Origin: Anaerolineales bacterium
GTDB lineage: Bacteria; Chloroflexota; Anaerolineae; Anaerolineales; Villigracilaceae
NCBI GenBank assembly: GCA_035516425.1
Contig: DATJAH010000044.1
Location: 147-64,146, forward strand
DNA length: 64,000 bases
Direction: 5' to 3'
In this document: positions 19,291-30,986 of the stretch, one piece after another
How positions within the stretch are numbered: position 1 is the first letter of the stretch
Layout of the letters: every line of letters starts with the position of its first letter
Notes under the pieces: model-generated
The model's database searches: none
What the model saw: only the letters and a program-made list of their open reading frames with translations
What the model was told of the DNA's origin: nothing
Program-made: the position numbers and the translations under genes

Positions 19291-20565
19291 TTACGGTAAC
19301 TCTTTGATCTGCGGGATTTTTCGCAGAACGACCAGGGTCAACGCCAAACTCAGCACGGCAAAGATCAGAATCGAATCGCCCAGTCCAATGGTTTGCGCCA
19401 GCGCCCCGATCGCCAGATTGCCCAGCGGCGTGAAGCCCAAGAAGGTCAGGGTGTATAAAGCCATCACTCGGCCGCGCAGTTGATCCTCGACCCGTGTTTG
19501 CAGAATGGTGTTGATCATCGTATATTGAATCATGAAGCCGATCCCCAGGCCCAGCGCAAGGATCAGGCAGACCGCGAGGAAGGGCGTAAAAGCAAAGATG
19601 CTGAGCAGGATCGGAAAGGCAATTCCCGAAATCATCAACCATGAGCCGCGCCAGCTTCTGCCATGTTGGTTGGCGACTATGATCGCGCCCGTCACCGCGC
19701 CAGCCCCGATGGCGGCATTGACCCATCCGTAGGAGGCTGCGCCCTGATGGAGCACCTGCTCAACAAAGGCAGGCAGCAGGGTGGCGTAGGAAACCCCAAA
19801 GGTGCTGAAGATCAAAGAGATCAGCAAGAGGCCGCCCATCTCGCGCCGCTTGAAAACATAGTGAAGGCCCTCGGTCAACTGCCTCCACGAGGATCCGATC
19901 GTCCGCAACCGGGTAGGAGGCTTGACCTCCATGATCGACAATCCGACGAGCACTGCAAGAAAAGAAATTCCATTGATCGTAAAGCACCATGCCGTGCCGA
20001 CCAGGGCCAGCAGGATTCCTCCGAGGGCGGGACCCACCACCCGCGCACTGTTGATCATCAAAGAGTTCAAGGCAATGGCATTCGGCATGTCCTGGCGTCC
20101 CACCATTTCCACCACAAATGCCTGTCCGCCCGGAGAATCGAACGAGTTGACCAATCCGAGACCGCCAGCCAGGAGAATGATGTGCCACTCGCGGACCGCG
20201 CCGGTAAAAGTCAAGGCGGCGAGAATGAACGCAAGCATCATCGCACTGGCCTGGGTAGTGATCAAGAGCCTGCGCTTCGGGACTCGATCCACCACTGCGC
20301 CCGCCCACGGTGAGATCACCAAAGCGGGAACCGCCGCCGCGAAGCCAACGATGCCGAGTGCCAGATCCGAATGCGTGAGTTGATAGACCAGCCAGCCTTG
20401 AGCGATGGTTTGCATCCAGGTGCCGATGTTCGAGATGAGTTGTCCGCCAAAATAAAGCTGAAAGCTTCGATACCTCAGGGCCGCGAACGCATCCGGCGCA
20501 GTTTCGATGCGCTTCGTCTCCTGCGACGATTCGATCGGCGATTCGTTAGCAATCGGTTCTTCCAA
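19291..20565 (-). CDS. MFS transporter (EntS/MFS_3-like)
   Basis: 424 aa with 12 predicted helices and an N-terminal FRSFQLYFGGQLISNIG motif. Confidence 0.8.
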   Translation of the reverse strand: MEEPIANESPIESSQETKRIETAPDAFAALRYRSFQLYFGGQLISNIGTWMQTIAQGWLVYQLTHSDLALGIVGFAAAVPALVISPWAGAVVDRVPKRRLLITTQASAMMLAFILAALTFTGAVREWHIILLAGGLGLVNSFDSPGGQAFVVEMVGRQDMPNAIALNSLMINSARVVGPALGGILLALVGTAWCFTINGISFLAVLVGLSIMEVKPPTRLRTIGSSWRQLTEGLHYVFKRREMGGLLLISLIFSTFGVSYATLLPAFVEQVLHQGAASYGWVNAAIGAGAVTGAIIVANQHGRSWRGSWLMISGIAFPILLSIFAFTPFLAVCLILALGLGIGFMIQYTMINTILQTRVEDQLRGRVMALYTLTFLGFTPLGNLAIGALAQTIGLGDSILIFAVLSLALTLVVLRKIPQIKELP

Positions 20566-20586
20566 AAGGGTTTACTCCACAGAATC

Positions 20587-20625
20587 CAAAACTTGCGCCG
20601 GCAACGTACGCTCGGGGGCGCAAGT
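20587..20625 (-). terminator. Probable terminator of the marR-ABC operon
   Basis: 9-bp stem ACTTGCGCC/GGCGCAAGT followed by TTTTGG on the minus strand. Confidence 0.45.
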
Positions 20626-20654
20626 TTATCCAACCCGTCCAATCTGACACCGCT

Positions 20655-21506
20655 TTATACGACGACCCGTGGATAGAGAATGGACCCAAGGATGACCAAT
20701 ACGGTCGTTGCAATCACCAGGATGAGGAAGTCAAAACCAAAGCTGTAGGTCATTTGACCGCCCGCCAGCATCAGCCCGCGCAGGGCGTCCACTTCATAGG
20801 TCAGCGGGTTGACGCGTGAGATGACCTGCAGCCAAGCGGGCATGATGCTGATCGGATAGATGGCATTGCTCGCAAAGAAAAGCGGCATGGTCATGACCTG
20901 GCCGATCCCCATGAAGCGCTCGCGCGTTTTGACCAGGCAGGCGATGATCAGCGAGAATGTCGCAAAGAACGCCGCGCCCAGAATCACGATGACAAGCATC
21001 CCCAGCAGCGCCAGCAGGTTCCAGTTCATCTTCACGGAAAGTAACAAGGCGAGGATATAAATAAAGAGCGCCTGTGCCAGGCTGCGAACACCGGCGGAGA
21101 GGGCCTTGCCCAGAACCAGCGCGCCGCGCGGCGTGGGCGTGGCGAGGAACTTATGGACAATGCCCAGGTCACGTTCCCAGATGATCGCAATGCCATAAAA
21201 GATCGAGACGAATAGCACGCTCTGGGCCAGGATGCCCGGCGTCATGAATTCAATATACGATTCCGAACCGGTCGGGATGGCGCGGATGCGCGTGAACACT
21301 TCGCCGAAGACCAGCAGCCACAACGCCGGTTGTACGGCGCGCGTGACCAGTTCGGTGGGATCATGCTTCAGTTTGCGAATTTCAAGTTCTGCAATAACGA
21401 AAGTCTTTTGGATAAAGCCAAGGATTGCAGAGACAAAACCGAAGGGCTGATGTTGAACCGGTTCAACCCAAGCGGCGAGCGGTACGTCTTGTTCTAGATG
21501 TTTCAC
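20655..21506 (-). CDS. ABC-2 type permease (DrrB-like)
   Basis: Six hydrophobic segments. The GTG start at 21506 has GGAGGT 8 nt upstream; the ORF is open to 21560. Confidence 0.75.
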   Translation of the reverse strand: MKHLEQDVPLAAWVEPVQHQPFGFVSAILGFIQKTFVIAELEIRKLKHDPTELVTRAVQPALWLLVFGEVFTRIRAIPTGSESYIEFMTPGILAQSVLFVSIFYGIAIIWERDLGIVHKFLATPTPRGALVLGKALSAGVRSLAQALFIYILALLLSVKMNWNLLALLGMLVIVILGAAFFATFSLIIACLVKTRERFMGIGQVMTMPLFFASNAIYPISIMPAWLQVISRVNPLTYEVDALRGLMLAGGQMTYSFGFDFLILVIATTVLVILGSILYPRVVV

Positions 21507-22266
21507 GGAAGTTACCTCCAGAATCGATTTTGCTGCCGGCATAATAGATAAACACATCATCCAACGTGGTGCCTTTTCCTCCGATGGAAGCCTTCAGTTC
21601 AGTGGGCGTTCCCATCGCCGCGACCTTGCCCAGATGCATGATCGCCACCCGGTGGCACAAGTGATCCGCCTCTTCCATAAAGTGTGTGGTGAGGACGATC
21701 GTGGTTCCATAATCATCTCGCAGCCGCTCGACATGCTCCCAGACGACGCGGCGGGCCGTGGGATCGAGGCCGGTGGTGGGCTCGTCCAGGAAGAGGACGC
21801 GTGGACGATGAATGAACGATTCCGCCACTTCCAGCCGGCGGATCATCCCGCCCGAATAATCGCGCACCAATTTATTGGCGGAATCAGCCAGTCCCATGAA
21901 TTCCAACGAGTCATGGATCCGTTTTTCCCGTTCCGCACGCGGGATATCGTAGAGCTTTGCAAACACATCCAGGTTTTCAAAGCCGGTCAGCGTCCCATCT
22001 GCGGAAAGCATTTGTGGAACGTAACCGATCACTCGACGAACATCGCGGGCGTGATGAACGATATCACGCCCGGCGATCCTGGCCTCGCCTGAAGTGGGCG
22101 GCAAAAGCGTGGTCAACATTTTTAAAGTCGTGGTTTTCCCCGCGCCGTTCGGGCCGACCAAGCCGAAGATCTCCCCTGCGGAGACTGCGAGGTTCAAGCT
22201 ATCCACGGCGGTGAGCGTCCCAAAGCGACGCGTCAAGGCACGAGTTTCCAGAATAGGGGACGGCAT
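21463..22266 (-). CDS. ABC transporter ATP-binding protein (DrrA-like)
   Basis: Walker A GPNGAGKTT, signature YSGGMIRR, Walker B LFLDEPTTGLD. Confidence 0.85.
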   Translation of the reverse strand: MPSPILETRALTRRFGTLTAVDSLNLAVSAGEIFGLVGPNGAGKTTTLKMLTTLLPPTSGEARIAGRDIVHHARDVRRVIGYVPQMLSADGTLTGFENLDVFAKLYDIPRAEREKRIHDSLEFMGLADSANKLVRDYSGGMIRRLEVAESFIHRPRVLFLDEPTTGLDPTARRVVWEHVERLRDDYGTTIVLTTHFMEEADHLCHRVAIMHLGKVAAMGTPTELKASIGGKGTTLDDVFIYYAGSKIDSGGNFRETSRTRRTARRLG

Positions 22267-22267
22267 A

Positions 22268-22741
22268 TTATTTGGTTTCTTTCAATCCTTTCATGAATAA
22301 AGGTTGCAGGAGATTCATGGCACGCAGGATCGTTGATAATTCCTCCGCGGACAGCTCGTGCAAAACGTCCTTCAGATGATTCTGCGCGGCATCGCGCGCG
22401 GCGCGCAAAATATCCTCGCCGCTCTTTGTTAATACCAGCGTTAATCGTCTGCGATCCTCCTTTGACTCGCGGCGGGTGATGATCTTCTGGTTCACCAGCC
22501 CATCCACGAGTTTCGAGGTGGAAGGCAAAGTCAATCCCAGATGGTCGGCAAGATGCGATAAGGAAGCTTCGGGATTCCGGTTGATGAAGGTCAGGGTGCG
22601 GAATTGCGGCACCGAAAGATCATGTCCACGATGACTCCGCATTTCGGCGCGAATGGAACGCATGACCTGCGGAGCGGTATCGAGCAATTGGCGGGCGCAT
22701 TCGTCTAGTTTTTCCATAGTAAGTCTTTCTAATAGTTTCAA
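22268..22741 (-). CDS. MarR family transcriptional regulator
   Basis: Winged-helix block LSHLADHLGLTLPSTSKLVDGLVNQKIITRRESKEDRR. Its stop abuts the ABC ATPase start. Confidence 0.85.
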   Translation of the reverse strand: MKLLERLTMEKLDECARQLLDTAPQVMRSIRAEMRSHRGHDLSVPQFRTLTFINRNPEASLSHLADHLGLTLPSTSKLVDGLVNQKIITRRESKEDRRRLTLVLTKSGEDILRAARDAAQNHLKDVLHELSAEELSTILRAMNLLQPLFMKGLKETK

Positions 22742-22826
22742 TTTCTAACTATATCACCTTTCCCAATTTTGACAAGAGGGCATTTTGGCGGTCAAACCGC
22801 CGCCGCGACCGCTTATAATTCAGCGC

Positions 22827-23711
22827 ATGAGCGTGTATGATCTCTGCCTCACATGGTATTGGCAATATGATGACGATTTTGTTCGATACCTCGAACAAGA
22901 GTGCGTTTCACGCGGCCTGACGCTCTGGCAGATCACACCGCGCACCATCCTCGATTCCATCACGTCCATTCATTCAGGCCAATCCAGCTTTCGCACATTG
23001 CTGGATCGGGCCAGCGACGATCTGCGCTTCGAACCGGTTCGACGCTTTGCACGGGATCATCAATTGCGCCGCATCAACCCGCTGGAGCTTTCCCATTGGG
23101 CGGAAGACAAAGCCACGATGCATCTGGAGCTGATCCAGGCGGGTGTCGAAACGCCTTATACGATTCTGATCGCGCCCTTCGTGGATCAACCGCTTCTGGC
23201 GGCACTGGATTTGACCCCCCTGGGAGGGAAGTTTGTGCTCAAACCGGCGGTTGGAGGAGGCGGCGAAGGCGTGATGCTGAATGCGTCCACGCTCGACGAT
23301 GTTCGCTGCGCCCGCCTCGAATTCCCCGATCAGAAATATTTGGCACAGGCGCACATCGAACCGCGCCTGTTGGCCGGACGAAAAGCCTGGTTCCGGATCT
23401 TTTATGTGGGCGGCGACTGCATCCCTTGCTGGTGGAATCCTTCCACGCACATTTATCAGGTCCTGACACCTGCTGAAGAAACGCAATTTCAGCTTTTCCC
23501 CCTGCGCCGGGTCACCGAACGAATCGCTCGCGTCTGCAGGCTGGATTGGTTCTCCACGGAGATCGCATTTACGAACGATGACAAATTTGTGGTCGTGGAT
23601 TATGTCAACGATAGCATCGACACCCGCATCCAATCCAAAGCGATGGATGGCGTACCGGATGACGTGATGCGGCAGATCACGAACAAGTTGGTGGGATTGG
23701 CGGCGCCATGA
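22827..23711 (+). CDS. ATP-grasp fold protein (unknown ligase)
   Basis: FVLKPAVGGGGEGV and a downstream acidic/Asn pattern look like ATP-grasp. ATG 22827 sits 7 nt after a TATAAT box. Confidence 0.5.
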   Translation: MSVYDLCLTWYWQYDDDFVRYLEQECVSRGLTLWQITPRTILDSITSIHSGQSSFRTLLDRASDDLRFEPVRRFARDHQLRRINPLELSHWAEDKATMHLELIQAGVETPYTILIAPFVDQPLLAALDLTPLGGKFVLKPAVGGGGEGVMLNASTLDDVRCARLEFPDQKYLAQAHIEPRLLAGRKAWFRIFYVGGDCIPCWWNPSTHIYQVLTPAEETQFQLFPLRRVTERIARVCRLDWFSTEIAFTNDDKFVVVDYVNDSIDTRIQSKAMDGVPDDVMRQITNKLVGLAAP

Positions 23712-23722
23712 TCTCTTAAATG

Positions 23723-23760
23723 AACGAACTCCCGCTCTTCATTCAAAGCGGGAGTTCGTT
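23723..23760. terminator. Bidirectional terminator between convergent genes
   Basis: 14-bp perfect stem AACGAACTCCCGCT/AGCGGGAGTTCGTT with a 10-nt loop, between the ATP-grasp gene and folD. Confidence 0.6.
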
Positions 23761-23771
23761 TGCTGGTCCGA

Positions 23772-24650
23772 CTACTTGTCCTGGATCTCTGCCGCGCGCG
23801 CGGTATTCTTCATCAACATCGCAATGGTCATGGGACCGACGCCGCCGGGGACCGGCGTGATGAATCCCGCGACTTCCTTGGCTTCATCGAAATTCACGTC
23901 GCCCACCAGGCGATAGCCGCTTTTCTTGGTGGCATCCGGCTTGGAATTCATGCCGACATCAATGACTGCCGCGCCGGGTTTGATCCAGTCGCCGCGCACC
24001 ATTTCGGTCTTGCCGATGGCCGCGATCAGGATATCCGCCTGCTTCACCACGCCTGCCAGGTTCTTCGTGCGCGAATGGCAAATGGTCACAGTGGCGTTGC
24101 GGCTCACCAATAACAAGGAAGCCGGCATGCCGACGATGTTGGATCGTCCAAGCACCACCGCATTGGCGCCTTCGATGGGGACCCCGGCTTTATCCAGCAG
24201 ATAGATACAACCGTTCGGCGTGCAGGGAACGAACAGCGGTTCGCGTCCTTTTTGAGCAAGGCGCCCGATATTGATCGGCGAGAAACCATCCACATCTTTT
24301 TCAATGCTGATGAGCTGCAGGACGCGTTCCTCGTTGAGATGCGAAGGTAACGGCAGTTGCACCAAAATGCCGTTGACCGTTTTATCGTCGTTCAAACTCT
24401 TGATCAACTTCTCCAGCTCCGCCTGACTGATATCCGCCGGCAGGTGATGGCTGACCGAACCCATTCCAAGTTCCTCGCACGCCTTGCCCTTCGATTTGAC
24501 ATAGGTCGCCGAGTCCACCCGGTCGCCGACCAGGACGGTCGCCAGCGTCGGCTTGGACTTGCCCGCCGCGGTGCGCTTTGCCACTGCCGCCGCCACACCA
24601 TCGCGCACTTCTTGCGCGATGACTTTGCCGTCAATCAATTGTGCAGTCAT
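23772..24650 (-). CDS. folD: Bifunctional methylenetetrahydrofolate dehydrogenase/cyclohydrolase
   Basis: MTAQLIDGK start, ATVLVGD..S..YV..K, VQLPLP and GRSNIVG.P motifs. 292 aa. Confidence 0.9.
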   Translation of the reverse strand: MTAQLIDGKVIAQEVRDGVAAAVAKRTAAGKSKPTLATVLVGDRVDSATYVKSKGKACEELGMGSVSHHLPADISQAELEKLIKSLNDDKTVNGILVQLPLPSHLNEERVLQLISIEKDVDGFSPINIGRLAQKGREPLFVPCTPNGCIYLLDKAGVPIEGANAVVLGRSNIVGMPASLLLVSRNATVTICHSRTKNLAGVVKQADILIAAIGKTEMVRGDWIKPGAAVIDVGMNSKPDATKKSGYRLVGDVNFDEAKEVAGFITPVPGGVGPMTIAMLMKNTARAAEIQDK

Positions 24651-24726
24651 GTTGTCTCCTTATGCAATCTTTATGAACGATAGCAAAAATATTATACAAT
24701 CTCTCCCCCATCCGCAAAAGTGACAC

Positions 24727-25988
<1,262 letters not shown>

Positions 25989-25992
<4 letters not shown>

Positions 25993-26453
25993 TTCGGCTC
26001 CACCGGCTGACCATAAAACTCATAGGCCGCGCGGCACCATGGAAGCTCTTCATTTTTCCAACTTCCGAAAATCCAATCTCTGCCAAACGTTTGCGTTGTA
26101 TCGGTCATCCTGCCGTTTGACCATGTTGTGGAAGTTTTGACCCCGAGCTTCAAAGCTTCATTCATCAGGGAAGACGTCAGCCGCATGCAATATTGAGTGC
26201 CATAACAAAATGCGAGCAGGATCCCGGAAAGGGGCTGCACGAGCGCCGGGGTTCCATAAACGAGGCAGCGACAATCCGCCGGCAATGCCTTGCCCAACGT
26301 ATCCCATACGCGCTCGACAATGTCCGGATGGCTGCCTTGACTGAGATATGGATCCCGTACGCTGCCGGGCATCGCAATCAATTCGTCCGTTTTCAATCGT
26401 CCTCGGAGATTTATCAGAACGCTTTCGTTGAGTTCACTGGATGCGACAAACAT
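25989..26453 (-). CDS. Hypothetical protein
   Basis: 154-aa ORF with a 4-nt overlap to mtaB. No recognisable motif. Confidence 0.4.
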
Positions 26454-26457
26454 GAGT

Positions 26458-27120
26458 CTATGGTTTCAATACAACAAAATTGTCGAAGATCACATCCACG
26501 CCGGCATGAGAGAACGTGCCCGCCAATAGTCCAACATCACCATGAGTCAGGGTTGAATCATGCGCTTGTGCCAATTGTGATCCGTTGACATAAAGCGTCA
26601 AGGCAGCGCCGTTGCAATCGGCGCGCAGGTGGTTGACCGCGATCCCGGTCTTGATCTGACCGCTGGGTTGCATTTCACTTTGTCCGAGCAAGGCGGTTTG
26701 AGCATTGTTAAAAATCCCAATCCCGTAATAACCGTCGCTGCTGATCACAAAGAAATAATATTGCTTACCCGTATCGCGGCAGATCAAGCCGATGCGATTC
26801 TCGTCCGGACCGGCAATTTTCCCCGCATCCACTTCCAGGCGGACATCGCTGAAGTCCTTGTGCGGTGTTGACCAGAAATCAACCTGCAGAGCGTTGACCA
26901 GCATTCGGTAGGCTCCGCCGTCGTAATCCATCGTCCCTTCCGCCGACTTATACCGATCCCAGCCGCTGGTGGCTGAGGAGAAATCATCTTTGAACAGCTC
27001 TGTCCCCGACGGTGCATTGGCCGACGTTGCGCCCAAGGACGGCAGAGCACAGGCAAAAATCGATAAGGACAGAGCCAGGCACACAAAAGAAAAATAACGG
27101 CGACTCGGCATGACATTCAT
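26458..27120 (-). CDS. Secreted lipoprotein with a DUF1080/LamG-like jelly-roll domain
   Basis: Signal peptide with an FAC lipobox. The C-terminal ...VDVIFDNFVVLKP is typical of DUF1080-type domains. Confidence 0.5.
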   Translation of the reverse strand: MNVMPSRRYFSFVCLALSLSIFACALPSLGATSANAPSGTELFKDDFSSATSGWDRYKSAEGTMDYDGGAYRMLVNALQVDFWSTPHKDFSDVRLEVDAGKIAGPDENRIGLICRDTGKQYYFFVISSDGYYGIGIFNNAQTALLGQSEMQPSGQIKTGIAVNHLRADCNGAALTLYVNGSQLAQAHDSTLTHGDVGLLAGTFSHAGVDVIFDNFVVLKP

Positions 27121-27148
27121 TTTATCATGTCCCTTCCCTGTGTATTTC

Positions 27149-28552
27149 TTATGGAAAATATTGTTTCAATATTTGCGCGGCACTCTGCCCCGGCGTTCCG
27201 TCCTTGTCCAATTGGACGGTGAGATTCAGCTCCGTGAACGCCGAGGCCCGGTCCCCCTGCCTTAAATAATTCTCGGCGAGATGCAGATGGGCCATGGCAA
27301 GATTTGGCGAGAGCTTGACAGCCTTCAGCAGGTTTTGCTCGGCGTCATAAAGCAAGCCCGCGTTGGAATACGACCAACCCAGCACATCCAACGTCTGCGG
27401 ATCGTCCGGCGCGAGGAGCGCGGCTTGTCTTGCGGCGGGCAGACCAATATCCAGAACGTACAGATCGTTATCTGAACAAAACATCGCCAATAAACGCCAA
27501 TAGGTCGCATCGCTCGGCGCAAGCTGTGTCGCCTTTTGATACGCCGCCAATGCCGAGACCAAATCACCTGCCTGAGTATACGAATCCCCGATGGAAGCCT
27601 GCCAGGCGGGATTATTCGGATCGATTTGCGCGGCGTGCAGATCTTCCGTCAGGGCCTGCGGGTTATTTCCCTGACGCCTCCAATACAAGCCTCGCAAGGC
27701 ATGGACGATCGCATCGTTGGAATTAAGCTTCAGCGCTTGATTCAAAGCACCGCTCCCGTCCTGACCATTTTGCTGCCGCGCCTCACCAAGCCACGCCCAC
27801 GCCTCGGCATTTTTCCCGTCCGCCTGGACGGCTTGTTCGAAGGCGTTCTGCGCAAGTCCCCATTCCTGGACGAGTCCCAACCCCCGCCCAATGGTCACAA
27901 AACGACTGGCCGGATCGGATTCGGTGCCGGCGACGGCTATGGCCGCGCGCAGAGTCTGAACTGCAGGATCGAATTGAGGGTCGAGCGACGAGGCAGTGGC
28001 GAGTTGGTTCAAGGCCGAATTGGTATCGGATAGCGTCAACAACAAACCCAGTTGGTAGGACGCATTCGCATCCGGAGCCAGCGATAAACGTTTAACCAAA
28101 GCATTTTTTTCGGAAACGTAGTCGCCGTTTTCGTGATAAGCCAGTACCAGATTGTCATACAGCACGACGCCGGTTGGATAAGCCTGCGAACCCTGCTGCC
28201 AAATGGCGAGGGCCGTCTTATGATCATTGCTGTTCCAATAAGCGATACCCAGCGTGTTCCATCCCAGCGGGGAAAGCGATTTTTTTTCGAGCGCGATGTT
28301 CAATAAGCGGATGGCTTCCGCATTGTCCTGGTCCAGAGACGCCGCCAGCCCTGCCTGCTCCCAAAGCCCACTGCGCCAAACCAGGCGCCGCGCGGCCGAT
28401 TCAAAGAGTCGCGCGGCATCGCCATATTTTTTGGCGGCCAGAGCGATTTGTGCGGAATGCAAGGATGCATAACCCGAATAAAGGATCGGGCTGAAAACTG
28501 CCGCAAGGATAAGCAGCACAACACCAACGATGGAAAGGGTTCGACCGCGCAC
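27149..28552 (-). CDS. TPR repeat protein with an N-terminal TM anchor
   Basis: Repeated A..Y..A/L..P 34-aa units throughout the 467 aa. Confidence 0.7.
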   Translation of the reverse strand: MRGRTLSIVGVVLLILAAVFSPILYSGYASLHSAQIALAAKKYGDAARLFESAARRLVWRSGLWEQAGLAASLDQDNAEAIRLLNIALEKKSLSPLGWNTLGIAYWNSNDHKTALAIWQQGSQAYPTGVVLYDNLVLAYHENGDYVSEKNALVKRLSLAPDANASYQLGLLLTLSDTNSALNQLATASSLDPQFDPAVQTLRAAIAVAGTESDPASRFVTIGRGLGLVQEWGLAQNAFEQAVQADGKNAEAWAWLGEARQQNGQDGSGALNQALKLNSNDAIVHALRGLYWRRQGNNPQALTEDLHAAQIDPNNPAWQASIGDSYTQAGDLVSALAAYQKATQLAPSDATYWRLLAMFCSDNDLYVLDIGLPAARQAALLAPDDPQTLDVLGWSYSNAGLLYDAEQNLLKAVKLSPNLAMAHLHLAENYLRQGDRASAFTELNLTVQLDKDGTPGQSAAQILKQYFP

Positions 28553-28605
28553 AAAAACAATTATAGTTTACGCCGCCGCAATAATCGCAGTATAATCGCC
28601 ATCGA

Positions 28606-30984
28606 ATGGGCGCCTTATTCAGCCAGATTTTTTCGCTGTTAACCGCTCCGCCAGGAAATCTGATCTATCATCTTGTGCTGGTCTTCTCCATCGCCAGCGC
28701 ATTTCAGTCCGCCTTCAATCACTGGCGTTCAAGCGAATTTCCCCAAGCCCGCCGCACCATGGTAGGACTCGGGTTTTTGCTTCTCGCACAATTCTTCATG
28801 TTTGCTTTCAGCGGACTAGGGTGGCAAGGTATCATCAATCCAACCGCCAGTTTGCCTCCGCTGGATCGCGCCTTCACCCTCTTCAGCCTGGTTTGGATCA
28901 CATGGCTCTGGGCGTTTCCAGAACCAAGCCAGCCGGCGGACGCGGCCGCCGCCTTATTGAGTCTCTTGATCGCTGCCGCCATGGGACTCAGCCTGCTGAC
29001 CTGGGCGCCCCAATCCTCGGTCACGACCTATAACCTCACGATCGACGATTTACTTTGGCAGCTGGCCTCGCTCGGGATGATCTTCATTGGCGCCTTGACC
29101 CTGCTCATTCGGCGGCCCAACGGTTATGGCAACGGGCTGGCTGTGTTGGGATTGGCATGCCTCGGGCATTTCGGCCGTTTGGCATTCCATGAGGATGGCA
29201 ATTATTCCGGGATCATTCGCCTGGCCTATATGGCGGCTTACCCGATTCTGTTGACCCTGCCCCAACGATTTCCCGTACCGGTTAACCTTGGAACCGTCGC
29301 TGTGAACGTCAGCGCGCCCGTCGACAAGCGCGCAAATAAGCGGCAGGAGGCGCCGGTTCAGGAACGCCGCCGCTACAGCACCGATCCGAAAACATTCCAT
29401 GCGCTGCTCGCATTAGCTGCTGAGTCGAGCGCGCCCAAAGTGAGTCAAGCCATCACACGCGCCATCGCGCAGACCATGCTGGCTGATCTGTGCTTTTTGA
29501 TGTACTTGACAGAAGATAAGAATCAGATGGTCATCGCCAGCGGCTACGATCTGATCCGCGAAGAGGGCCTGGAGGGCGGAAGCCTCAACAAGACTTCCAT
29601 CCCAATGCTGGCCAACGCGATCCAACGCGGCCGGCCGCTGCGGATGCCGGCCTCCAGCACATCGGCAGACATTAAAGGTTTAAGTGACCTGCTCGGCCTT
29701 CAAAACCCCGGAAATCTGTTGGGAGTTCCCATCACCACCCCCGAGAAGGATTCGCTGGGAGGCATCCTCCTGCTCTCACCGTACTCCAACCGTTTGTGGA
29801 GCGCGGAGGATCAGGCTTTCCTCGCCAATATCGCTATCTCACTCGTGCCAATTATCCAGCGCAGCAGGAAGATCGTCAAACTGGAGCAGCTCGGCGAGCA
29901 GGCCAAGCAGGCGCTGGAAGCCGCGCACAATCGGATCGCGCAACTGGAAAAACAGGACAACGAGCTGAAACAGGAAATGGAAGGGCTCAGATCGGAATCC
30001 GAAAAGGCCGCATCGCAGAGCGAGAACGTGGCTGCCCTGCTGGCGGTTCAGGAGGAATCCCAGCGGACCATCGAGCAACTCAAAAAGGAACTGGAGTCGC
30101 TGCGCGGCAAGGGCAAGCGCCCGGACGCACAAGTTGAAACCGATCTTAAGACCACGTTGCAAGACATGGCGCGTCTCCAGAACCAGCTGGCAGAGGCTAA
30201 TATCAAGATCCTGGAGCTTGAGACCAGCTCCCAGGCGGGAGCCAACCGCCCCAGCGAGCAGGCAGAAGTGATTGCCTCCATTTCACAGGAACTGCGACAG
30301 CCCATGTCGTCCATTGTGGGCTACACTGATCTGCTGCTGGGCGAGTCGATCGGAATTCTTGGCGCCTTGCAACGCAAATTCGTCGAGCGGATCAAAGCCT
30401 CCACCGAACGGCTTGGCAGTTTGATCGACGATATGATCCAAGTCACCACGCTGGAGAGCGGCCTTTCCGAAATGAAGCCGGAACCGGTCGACTTGAACAC
30501 GATCATAGATAATGCCATGGCTTATACCAGCAGTCAGGTACGCGAAAAAAACATATCTCTGCACCTGGACCTGCCGAAAAGACTTTCGCCGCTGAACGCG
30601 GACCGGGAATCCCTGCAGCAAATCATGATCCATCTCTTGCAAAACGCAGGAGCCGCGACGCCTGTCGAAGGCACGATCCACCTCAAGGTCCAGACCACGA
30701 GCGAAAAAGAGCAGGATTACATCATGATCCAGGTCACGGACAGCGGTGGCGGAATCCCGGCCGAAGACTTGCCGCGCGTGTTTACGCGTCTATACCGGGC
30801 CGACAACGTCCTCATTCAAGGCATCGGGGATACCGGCGTGGGGCTCTCCATCGCGAAGACTCTGACCGAAGCGCAGCATGGACGCATTTGGGTGGATAAT
30901 GAACCCGGCAAAGGCGCGACCTTCAGTGTACTCATGCCAATCTCCAAGGACGCGGATGCCTCTCTGGCTAAAAAGGAAAAATAA
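28606..30984 (+). CDS. Membrane sensor histidine kinase (multi-TM, GAF-like, coiled coil, HisKA, HATPase_c)
   Basis: N-terminal hydrophobic helices, a long coiled coil (aa ~440-540), an H-box region SQELRQPMSSIVGY, and N/G boxes DSGGGIP and GDTGVGLSIAK. Confidence 0.85.
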   Translation: MGALFSQIFSLLTAPPGNLIYHLVLVFSIASAFQSAFNHWRSSEFPQARRTMVGLGFLLLAQFFMFAFSGLGWQGIINPTASLPPLDRAFTLFSLVWITWLWAFPEPSQPADAAAALLSLLIAAAMGLSLLTWAPQSSVTTYNLTIDDLLWQLASLGMIFIGALTLLIRRPNGYGNGLAVLGLACLGHFGRLAFHEDGNYSGIIRLAYMAAYPILLTLPQRFPVPVNLGTVAVNVSAPVDKRANKRQEAPVQERRRYSTDPKTFHALLALAAESSAPKVSQAITRAIAQTMLADLCFLMYLTEDKNQMVIASGYDLIREEGLEGGSLNKTSIPMLANAIQRGRPLRMPASSTSADIKGLSDLLGLQNPGNLLGVPITTPEKDSLGGILLLSPYSNRLWSAEDQAFLANIAISLVPIIQRSRKIVKLEQLGEQAKQALEAAHNRIAQLEKQDNELKQEMEGLRSESEKAASQSENVAALLAVQEESQRTIEQLKKELESLRGKGKRPDAQVETDLKTTLQDMARLQNQLAEANIKILELETSSQAGANRPSEQAEVIASISQELRQPMSSIVGYTDLLLGESIGILGALQRKFVERIKASTERLGSLIDDMIQVTTLESGLSEMKPEPVDLNTIIDNAMAYTSSQVREKNISLHLDLPKRLSPLNADRESLQQIMIHLLQNAGAATPVEGTIHLKVQTTSEKEQDYIMIQVTDSGGGIPAEDLPRVFTRLYRADNVLIQGIGDTGVGLSIAKTLTEAQHGRIWVDNEPGKGATFSVLMPISKDADASLAKKEK

Positions 30985-30986
30985 CG

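Noticed and set aside
22768-22800. TTGAC...GTCAA inverted repeat in the marR / ATP-grasp divergent region as a MarR operator.
   Set aside because: The arms are only 5 bp. That is too weak to call without a binding-site model.
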